A DNA stretch of 64,000 nucleotides from Toensbergia leucococca (taxonomy: Eukaryota): the NCBI GenBank assembly GCA_022813965.1, contig JALDZS010000025.1, positions 62,001 to 126,000 on the forward strand, in the 5' to 3' direction. Below, piece after piece: positions 1 to 9,276 of the stretch; position 1 is the first letter of the stretch; the number at the start of each line of letters is the position of its first letter. Below the pieces are notes generated by a model that ran no database searches, had not been told where the DNA came from, and worked only from the letters and a program-made list of their open reading frames with translations. The position numbers and the translations under genes were made by a program.

Positions 1-267
1 ACTATTCTATTGAGCTACGAGTACTCCGTACCTCGTAAATTACGTAAAAACTTTCCGACGACATACGATACTAATACTGGCCAGCTCCGGCTATTAAGGC
101 CCATGAGCTTGGAGTGAAACTGCACGAGCAATTCCAAAACGACCGATATGACATTATGTAGCCCGAAACAAATGGTGACGACATGGAGAGATGTATTCTC
201 CAACGCCAGAGCCAGACGCCTCCCTCAAAAATTTGGAGATGGTGTTTGGTCTTAGATGCTTGCTGCC

Positions 268-1725
268 TTACCAAGGAGGACCAAACATTCCGAGAGGCCG
301 CCAAACGTCCCACCAATGCTTTTTCTTTCCCTTCTCCTTGGCCTTTCTTTCTTTCTCCTTCCTCTCTGCTTCCCTTTTCTTCTCTGCCTCGGCTTTTCTA
401 TCTGTCTCTGCCCTCTCCTCTTGGGCTTTCCGCGTCGCCTCAGCTTTTCTGGCGTTTTCGGCGTCAATCAACCTCTGTACCTCTGCTCGCACTTCAGCTT
501 CATGCTGGTTCCAGGCAGCAAGACGCTTCCTCTCGTCTTCTTTTTCCTTTTCCTCCTTTGCCTTCTGTGCATTTTGTTTTTCTCTGGCCTCTCTGTCCTT
601 GGCCTGTTGTGCTTCCCTGGCCGCCTGCTCTTCTTTGGCTTTTCTGTCTCTGGCCTCTTGTGCTTCTTTGACCTTTCTCTCTCTTGCCTCTTGCTTTTTT
701 CTAGCCTTTCTGTCTTTAGCCTCTTGTTCCTGTTTTGCCTTTTGCCTTTCCTGTTCCTCTTTGATGTATTCCTGCCGAGCCTTCTCCACGCGACGCTCTT
801 CCTCTGTCTCGGCCTCTTTCTCGGCCTCTTTTGCTAGATTATCTCTCTCCTCCTGCAGTCTGTCCGCAGCCGCCTTTGCACGTTTCGCAGCATCGTCCAT
901 TTGAGTTTGAGTTAGCGGCCGTAATTCCGCGGCTGGCTGCTTGCCTTTTGGCGACTTACCTCTGCCCGAGTAAGGAGGATCCGAAGCAGGATATTGTGGG
1001 CGTGGAAAAGGTGGGAGGTTAGGGAACTCTGGGGAAGGGAATATCGAAGGAACAGTCGGTGGTGGAGGTAGGATAGGTGGAGGCTTGGGCACAACAAGGC
1101 TGGATGGACCGTCGATTCGTAGAAATGGAGGTGGACTAGGTGGAGGCGAGACGGGTGGAGGCGAGAGAGATGGCGAGATAGGTGGAGGTGAAGGCGGAGG
1201 AGAAGGAGGTGGGACGGGTGGAGGCGAAGGCGGAGGAGACAGGGGTATTTTGGGAGGGACTGGTGGAGGCGAAGGCGGAAGAGAAGGAGGTGGAAGAGAT
1301 GGTGGGACGGATGGTGGTGAGGGTGGTAGAGATGGAGGAGGTGGGACAGGTGGAGGGGGAGAAGATGGAAGAAGAGTGTCAGGAGCCGTTTGAGGAGGCG
1401 GGACGGCCGGCTGAGCATCCGCAGGCATGTCTGGTTGAGGGTCTGAACCTTTAGGCCCAAATGCATTGATAGCTACACCGACTGCGGTGCCCGCAACAGT
1501 GACTCCACCAGCAACGGAGCCAGCGATTGCTCCTTCATGATCATTTTGAGGTTTTTTGGCTTGGACGAGAATACTCGGTGTTTCTTGCGCTGACAGAGAG
1601 GTGGTTGAAATAATGCTACTGGAGCCTGAAGGTAATGGGCGAGCAGAGACACACAAGTGTGGGCTGAGTGTGAGCGAGTACCAAAAAAGGCTGACCCAGG
1701 TGAACAGATGACTGAAGGGTGCCAT
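268..1725 (-). CDS. Orphan 485-aa protein: signal peptide, hydrophobic Gly/Ala/Val segment, SPPP/polyproline tract, charged E/K/R/A/Q helical tail
   Basis: Uninterrupted ORF. N-terminus MAPFSHLFTWVSLFWYSLTLSPHLCVSA-RP is signal-like. GAIAGSVAGGVTVAGTAVGVAINAF is TM-like. A long (S)PPP repeat is followed by an EAEKEAETEEERR... coiled-coil-like region. Confidence 0.75.
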   Translation of the reverse strand: MAPFSHLFTWVSLFWYSLTLSPHLCVSARPLPSGSSSIISTTSLSAQETPSILVQAKKPQNDHEGAIAGSVAGGVTVAGTAVGVAINAFGPKGSDPQPDMPADAQPAVPPPQTAPDTLLPSSPPPPVPPPPSLPPSPPSVPPSLPPPSLPPSPPPVPPKIPLSPPPSPPPVPPPSPPPSPPPISPSLSPPPVSPPPSPPPFLRIDGPSSLVVPKPPPILPPPPTVPSIFPSPEFPNLPPFPRPQYPASDPPYSGRGKSPKGKQPAAELRPLTQTQMDDAAKRAKAAADRLQEERDNLAKEAEKEAETEEERRVEKARQEYIKEEQERQKAKQEQEAKDRKARKKQEARERKVKEAQEARDRKAKEEQAAREAQQAKDREAREKQNAQKAKEEKEKEDERKRLAAWNQHEAEVRAEVQRLIDAENARKAEATRKAQEERAETDRKAEAEKKREAERKEKERKAKEKGKKKHWWDVWRPLGMFGPPW

Positions 1726-3207
1726 AGGAAGGTGTTTGTCTGTTGAAAAGACTCAATACATTGATTTATGGAATGGCAATATACTGAATCCTTCTTGACG
1801 TATCAAGATCTTGATAGTGTGTTAAGTCGACTTGAATTGTATTGAATTGGATGGAACTGAGTTGAATTATCTGGTCCCGAACGTTGTATTGGTTTGAGTG
1901 TAAAGGAGAGAGAATTCAATGGTTGAATACTAATTTGTTTCGAAATGCAGATACTTCAGAAGAGACAAAGCAGAGTACTTATGTGAGAATAGGAAACCTA
2001 GCCAACACGATAGCTCACATGCTAAGTGATAGACTGATTGACGCATCAACTAATATATTAGCTTGAAAGTGAAAAGTTGTGGAGAAGAACTGATGATATA
2101 TGTGTTCAGATCTATGTGTTTTCCTAACTTCATAGAATAATTGAATTTATTCATGGATCGCCTCAGGCTCTCAACGGTTCATAAGTACTGTTGAATCTGA
2201 CATATAAGATTAAAGTCTTTCGACCAATCCATCATCTACTTGGCTAATTTGAACCATCGCTCATAAACTGAAGAACATCATGATCAATTTATATCTTACA
2301 GAATGTTGAGTCCTAATTTCAGAACATTCCAGTGTACAAGTGAGGAACTGAACAAGAAGGCCTGAAGAGATTAATGCTTCCAATCTCACATCAATCAAAA
2401 AGGAGAATCAAGAGAAGGAGAGAAGAAAAAGAAAGGTAATGATTCAATGGGAGATGATGCAGAGGATCATGAATACAAGCTTTTGGCAGTGATAGAATTG
2501 ACGAGACGGACAATCAGGGCGAGCTGAAGGAAGGTGATGAAGAGGAAGACGAACCCCGAACTCCTCATTTGTAAGGCGGTCATATTTTGTCCGATTCGAT
2601 AGCTAGCTTTTTCATCAATGAACCAAAGCTTCACTGACTAGCTGCTGCTTCTCCAAGGACATCACCCCTGTTAGTCAAATACACTGAGCCCGAATGTCTC
2701 GTCTCACAGAAATAATGGAAGAGAAGGGAGACAAAGGGCTACATAGAATGCATGTAAGGCGGTAACATCTGGTAAGCCTACATGAGTGTTTTCGGACATG
2801 CAGGTAAAAGGTAAATGCGGTGATTGTACACCTAGATGGAAGTATGTACAGAGCCGAATTGATCGAATAGGATTTCAACATCAAGGGCTTCCATTAGCGT
2901 GTCAGGTGAGTCAGGGTCATGCAAGTACTCGTACTCGTACTCTTAGATCTTTCCCAGTCGTTTATGGAAAAATTCCCATTCCATCATGAGTGTGAAGACC
3001 GATGATTGAATGAGTGACTTACATTGGCATTAATGAATTCTTCAAGAGGCAAGACTAAAACAGCGTTATTGAAAAGCAGATCGTTGATGAGTACCTAGTG
3101 GTAAACCAGACGATACACGAAAAGTAGTCATTTGGTGATTGTAAAAAAAGGTTGCAGTTTGCTTCATGAAGCTTACTCGTGGTTACCTACAAATGCGGCA
3201 ACCCCAC

Positions 3208-4617
3208 CACGCGGTTGAAAAAAAAAGTCGGATTAGCGAATTTTAGCCCCCACCGAAAACCATTTGAATAGAACCCCAAAATTCAACCATCCTTATTCTA
3301 TTCAATCATCCATCATGGGATGAGTCAGAAAACCGCCCAGAACTCCCAAAAAGAGGAAAGCCACAGGGTATCATCATTATGATACTCCTACTAGATCTAG
3401 AGTCAAAGGAGCTGCTGAATTCATGGAAGCCATGAGTTATGAATATAACAAACAGCAGATTTTTGATGTCTTTAAAGTCAAGCGCTCTCAGGGCTATGAT
3501 ATTCTATCATCTTCTGATAGACGTCACCCTGATTTTGAGACTAGAGGAAGAAAACCTAAGGTTACATCTGAACAGGTAGAGAAGACCCTTGATTTTCTAT
3601 AGAATAAAATTAACATTCTCTAGGTACGGGACGTTGATCAACTTGTTGAAGGGGAAGAAGAAGCAAAGCATTATGGATGAGAAATGATTGCTGAGGAAGT
3701 GAACGCTGATGTGACTGAGCGTACCATGCATGACACAGTTCATGAAGCACTGAATATCAACAAGCGTGTGATCAATTGTAAGGAAGAATTAGATGAGAAG
3801 TTAAAAGAACGTCGCGTGAAATGATCTACTGTCATGAAAGATCGCTATCCAGAAAGAGATCAATGGAAGCATGTACGACTTAGTGATGAGATACATTGTG
3901 GCTACAGATCACAGGGAAAAGATCTTATTCTACGCAAGTCAGGGACCCGATATTACTGTCTTCTTCCCTATATTACTCTCTCTTTTACTAACAAATGATC
4001 TAGTAATCGCTGGGATAATATACAACATCGCAAAATGACTGCAGATAAAGATCAGAAAAAGGTTCACGCCTGAGCCACTGTTGAATGAAATCATAAATCC
4101 CCTCTTATCTTTTGTGAGGTCCCCTCCAATATCAATGAAAAGATGTCACAAAGGGTTTACATTGATTCAATTCTTGAACCTGTTGTAAAGCCCTGACTAG
4201 AGGATGGACAGGATTTTGTATTAGAAGAAGACGGTGACTCCGGGCATGGAACGGGCAAGAAAAGCATCATACGCACATGAAAGGAAGATCATGAACTGAA
4301 GACCTATTTTAATTGTGCACAAAGTCCTGATCTATCAGTCATAGAGAATTGCTGAATGCCGATGAAACAGCACGTACGCAAATTTCCTCATTGAAATAAA
4401 CAGACCTTGATGGATCTAATGATGGAGGGCTGATCTCATGTGTCACAGGATTTTATCAATGAACAGGTCCTCTCAATGCCTACTAGATTACAACATGTAA
4501 TTAATGCTGGTGGAGCGAAGACAGGGTATTAGAATAGTTGTGGATTTTGGGGTTCTATTCGAATGGTTTTTGGTGGGGGCTAAAATTCGCTAATCTGACT
4601 TTTTTTTCAACCGCGTG
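3208..4617 (+). mobile_element. Tc1/mariner-like DNA transposon, 1410 bp, ~78-bp TIRs starting CACGCGGTTG, 5-bp flanking duplication CCCAC
   Basis: 3208-~3285 and ~4540-4617 are inverted repeats with 4 transitions. CCCAC at 3203-3207 and 4618-4622. Encloses a DDE transposase pseudogene. Confidence 0.9.
3315..4532 (+). pseudogene. DD37E Tc1-like transposase pseudogene (~371 codons, 2 introns, 10 in-frame TGA)
   Basis: Manual translation gives ETRGRKPKVT, WKHVRLSDEIH, VLEEDGDSGHG, NCAQSPDLSVIENC and SMPTRLQHVINAGGAKTGY*. Introns at 3576-3623 (GT..AG) and 3950-4003 (donor AT, branch TACTAAC). No frameshifts. Confidence 0.88.
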
Positions 4618-4864
4618 CCCACCTATGCGGCACTAAGCCCCTTTCAGCTAGCGAATCATATTTTAGATCGTGAGCTAGAGGCTTACTAGCTGAAAGAGGT
4701 TTAGTGCCGCATAGGTAGGGTTGCCGCATTTGTAGGTAACCACGAGTAACGCCTTTATGGCTCGTAGGGCTGAAAATCTTTTTGCTGATATGCACGAGTA
4801 GAAACTCGTGTTACAAAGAACAGCACTTCCTTTCGAACATTGAATGCTTCGCAACACATTGAAG

Positions 4865-6010
4865 ATGACAGAAGAAAATGCTGCCAAAAGGCTCAAGACG
4901 TCTCCTCCCCTGATTGGCACACACAAGTGAGTTTACTCAATGCGAGAAACTCCCCCTCGGTTCACTTTAGAAGGCACTCCAAGCTGATTGAAAACCTACA
5001 GCGGTCACTTTCATGCCGACGAAGCCCTAGCAGTCTACTTGCTCCGTCTCCTCCCTACCTACAACACATTTTCCCTGCTCCGCACCCGTAACCCAGCTCT
5101 TCTCTCAACATGCCACACTGTTGTCGACGTCGGCGGCGAATACGATCCCCATACCAACCGCTACGACCACCACCAACGCTCCTTCACCACCACCTTCCCT
5201 TCGCGTAGTACCAAGCTTTCCTCCGCCGGCCTTGTCTATCTCCACTTCGGCAGATCCATCATCGCTCAGCACACCAAACTTCCCGAAGGCAGTCCCAAGC
5301 TCACCGTCCTGTGGGAAAAGCTTTATGCCGACTTCATTGAAGCTTTAGACGCTCACGACAATGGCATCAGCGTTTACGACCCCGCCGACACCGCTTCATT
5401 GCAGAAACGTTTCCATGACGGCGGCATCAATTTAGGCAGCCTAGTCGGCGATATCAACCAGAACTGGAGCGACACATCGAGGCAAGAAAGCAATAACAAA
5501 ACGGAAAGTACTCCCGAGCGAGAGCAGGAAGAAGAAGATCAGCGCTTCCTCGAAGCTTCCTCCTTGATGGGTACTACCTTTCTCCGCAAACTTGATTACT
5601 ACCACCGTGCCTGGCTGCCTGCTCGAACCGTGGTTCATACCGCCTACTCGTCACGCAAAGAGCATGAACCAAAGGGACGTGTCATGGTCTTTGAGCGTTC
5701 CGTGCCATGGAAAGACCACTTATACTCCTTGGAAGCAGAACATTCAGACGATCCGAAGGTTGTGTATGTGCTATACTCAGAAGGGCCACATGAGGGGAGT
5801 AAGTGGCGGATTCAGGCTGTGAGTGTAAGCGGAGATAGTTTTGAGAGCAGAAAGCCATTGCCAGAGGCGTGGAGGGGGGTGAGGGACGAGCAATTGGACG
5901 GGGTCACGGGGATTGAGGGATGTGTTTTTGTGCACGCTAGTGGATTTATTGGGGGTAATAAAACGTTCAAAGGAGCAATGGAGATGGCGCTGAAAGGGCT
6001 CGAATTATGA
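4865..6010 (+). CDS. MYG1: MYG1 family exonuclease (UPF0160)
   Basis: Spliced (intron 4928-5001) IGTHN-GHFHADEALA, VVDVGGEYD, RYDHHQR, KLSSAGLVY, FVHASGFIGGN. Confidence 0.95.
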
Positions 6011-6627
6011 GGCTACTAGGTACGAAGGTATAAGTGCATACCATGGCGTTGGACCGACTTGAAATGCAGAGGTTGTGCGTTGGAAACTGCCGGGCCACCC
6101 TGCCAGTGCAATAGAATTGTGTCTTGGTTTCGTTCAACAACTGAACCTGTAATCCTTGACATTTGTTTTGGCCAACGAATGCGCAACTGAAATCTTCTAG
6201 CCTGAGAGATTAATTCAGGGTGCTGACACCCTTGTCGTTTAACCTGAGATTCTTGGCACAATACGTATGATTAATTTTGCTTGCATCACAATTGAATTCC
6301 GAATGGCTTGGATATTGTTCCTCGCCATTACGTTCGCAGCTGTTTATCCTATCTCTTATGATCAGACTGAACGTTCCTTCCAGTGCCGTACTCCAATGCA
6401 TTCAGCAACCCTGCTTCCCGTCCAATCATGGCTCCCAAACTCCATGGCCATTGTTTCGCACGAGTCAGCCCCTAAAATAGGCTTCGTAGTGATTGACAGT
6501 CGAGCTCGTAATGTCATTAAGCGCACTGACTCTCAAGGTGCGAGGTTTTAGGCTCTGTTGATCTGGCATCATTCCGAAAACCTGTCGTCCTAGAGATCTA
6601 GAGAGAGAAAAAGCCTTTCTCAGGCAT

Positions 6628-7208
6628 TCAGTGCTGCCATCGAATGGGCACGCCCTCCTTTACAGGAGGCGGACTAATGCTCTCGTCCTCACTTTCCTTT
6701 TTCGAGGTCTCTTCCTGCTCGTCCATGCTCGTCTCGCGATACAAGAAGCTGCTTTCCTTCACAGGACTACCGCTTTGTCCACTACTGTGCTGCTGGTTTC
6801 CATTGCCGTTGGCACTCCCATGATTGGCGCTGCTGGGAGCGGGCGAACTCAAATGTGGTATGTTCTCCGGAAGAGGGTGTTGGGAGCCGATAGCGGTGAC
6901 GCCGACATCACCTGCTTTGCCGGCTTTCGATAGAGCATAATCACCAGAATCAAAATACTTGCGCTCCTGAAATACGAAGACAATGAGTCTTGATGTAAAA
7001 AATGTAGATGAGAAGGAAGAATCACCTTTAGTTTGTTCTGAAGAAGGTCTTTCTTATTTGGAAGTTTTCCATAGAGGCGGAACAACTTCTGTTCCTCTTC
7101 TGTGAAGGACTGGGAGAAGAATTATCAGCTACGTTCTATATTTTAACTCTGATTGACTGAGGGACTGCTTACGCTCACATCGACCTTGTTCTTCTGGTGA
7201 GGATTCAT
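6628..7208 (-). CDS. IGO1: Endosulfine / cAMP-regulated phosphoprotein (Igo1/ENSA)
   Basis: MNPHQKNKVD / EEQKLFRLYGKLP / RKYFDSGDYAL, the Greatwall/Rim15 phosphosite motif. 2 introns. Confidence 0.93.
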
Positions 7209-7816
7209 TTTGATGCTGGATAGAGATATTAAGATAGCTCAGTACCTGTAGGATCCCACTGCTTCGAGTGGTGAAGAAACAACCAATCGATATTTGTCCA
7301 AGAGAGGGCAAGGGGGGTATAAGTGTCCGATAGACGGAGGTGAGATAAGTTGATCAGCTTAGGATGTCGCAGAGACAGGAAAAGGTAAGGTTCAGAACTC
7401 GCCGCACTACGAGTAGGAAGACTAACAAGCTAGGTAAGCTACTGTATCCGTAGGTGTCCACTTGAGGCAGGGGAAAGGCGAGGGTAAGGTCACAAGAGAG
7501 AACAATGCGAGGGTTTTTGTTGATGAGGGGAAAGAATGACAAGGACGAGCATAAGTGTCTCGCTTGCAATTATTGCCGGGCCTAAGATTCTAGTGAGGGG
7601 CATTGACCAATGACGATGATGACAGCAGACTCTTGGAGACTTGGCTTGTTTAGGTGACAGACGAACATCTTTCCTTCCTTTGCCCTTCATTAAATGCTTA
7701 CCTAGTTATTTAATTACGATCATGTAATTTGGCCTGTGAAACACAGAGATACCACGTTGCTACGAGTCCAGACGATTGGATCCATCGCTAGCTCTGACAC
7801 CCCACGAGACCTAAGA

Positions 7817-8719
7817 ATGGCAAATCACAAATCTACGAGTCACAAAACATACGTCGTTGAGCATCTCGATCCCGAGCTTGGCCCATGGTCAACGCTCGAG
7901 TACCTAGCCATTGCACAAGAGTCGAAAGATGCTGGAGCCACCTTCTACCTCTCTTCTGTCCCACATAATCTGAAACTACCAGAAGAGCTACGGAAGGCGG
8001 ATGGTCTTGTCATTGAAAACCGGAGTGTAGAAGAGATATACGCGAATGGTGGAGGCCATGTCTGCTTGCTTGATCCGGCCGCTACAATCGATCTCAGTCC
8101 GGAAGATGGAGTTCGTTTCGACGTTTTCCTCTTTGGCGGCATACTGGGTATGCGACCCATAGTAATCCATCATATGAGGCTGTGAAGATTAATCAATCAT
8201 GGAAGGTTAGGGGATGATCCTCCTCGAGGTTGGGACTAAGCTGCTTCTTCCCCAACTTCAATCATGACCAGGCTTGACACAAACTAGATCGAACCTCTGA
8301 GCTCCGGAAAAAAGGATTCACAGGCAGAAGGCTGGGGTCTGTGCAGATGACCACAGACACGGCAGTACGTGTAGTACGGACAGTCGTCCAGCAAAACGGT
8401 GAGTGTTCACTAGGAACATTCTCGTTCATGAGAATCTCTAGCCAATTTATTCTCCTTAGTGAATTTAGATGCTATTACCTACGTCGACAACCCAGAGCTT
8501 CGTGTAGATGAACATGAGAGTACGGAGATGCCTTTTCGCTATGTCAGTGATGTATCAGGGCAGCCGATAATGCCGAAGGTAAGTAACCTCAGCCTACGCT
8601 TGGCGCAAAACTTCGCGTTGTTATTGTGACAGCAGAGATAGCTAAAGATTATTTTCAATCAGGGAATGATGGAGTTGATCAAGAAAGACTCGGAGAAGGG
8701 ATTTGAAGATTTGCTGTGA
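7817..8719 (+). CDS. SFM1: SPOUT-family methyltransferase Sfm1 (DUF431)
   Basis: YVVEHLDPELGPWSTLEY, FLFGGILGD-DPPRDRTSELR, RRLGSVQMTTDTAVRV, ESTEMPFRY. 4 introns. Confidence 0.93.
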
Positions 8720-9276
8720 CTTGAGAGTGTTTACTCTAGTAGTGCAATCAATTGCATTTGGGCAATAGGTAGCATACATATAAGCACGCACAGATCTTAA
8801 CACGTCAATTTGAGCTGGCCTTTTCAATCTTTGAGTCTTTGTATCTGATTGTAGAGTCGTATGTCTGTAGTGTACTCAGTTGGAGCTCTGTATGAAGTAC
8901 GAGGTATGAGAGCCTTCAAAGGTACGGATAAGGTAGAGTATTTATCGCCGGATGGCGCTAACAATCATACAACATTGAATACCTTGAGGTACCTGCAACA
9001 TAGAAGGGACAGGCTGTCAGTGATGCACTCTTTGTTCACCATCCAGCACTCCGAGTGCAGAGCTATTCAGTCTTCTAGCAGTGCTTTCGTCGCCACTTTC
9101 TTGATACTAGTTCTTTAGCTCACTGAAAAGGAAAGGGACATTTGTCCTCAACAAATGAAGTCAATGTATGGATAATAAAGGACTTCTAGCCTGCCAGCAA
9201 AAGCTAGACGGCCTTGCCAAAGTTCGCGAGCATTGCCCTTGACACCGCTGTTTTCTTTTGAACTTACGACACCACC

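Larger units (their letters stand above)
3176..4746. mobile_element. MITE (~156 bp once the nested element is removed) with ~61-bp TIRs and TA target duplication
   Basis: Left arm CTCGTGGTTACCTACAAATGCGGCAACCCCAC (3176-3207) continues at 4623 as CTATGCGGCACTAAGCCCCTTTCAGCTAG. The right arm (~4686-4746) is its reverse complement with 3 transitions. TA at 3174-3175 and 4747-4748. Confidence 0.85.

Noticed and set aside
183..1466. Overlapping plus-strand and alternative-frame ORFs (Phe/Leu/Ser-rich, Gly-rich)
   Set aside because: Shadows of the low-complexity 268-1725 gene.
3315..4532. TGA read as Trp (mitochondrial-type code) making the transposase intact
   Set aside because: It has spliceosomal introns, one with a broken donor. 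The same TGG>TGA change appears across codon boundaries at likely Gly sites, and host genes here use TGA as stop.
3208..4617. Transib/RAG-like or CACTA assignment from CAC termini
   Set aside because: The protein motifs (SDE, D..GH, SPDL..IEN) are Tc1-type and the ends are CACGCGG, not CACTA.
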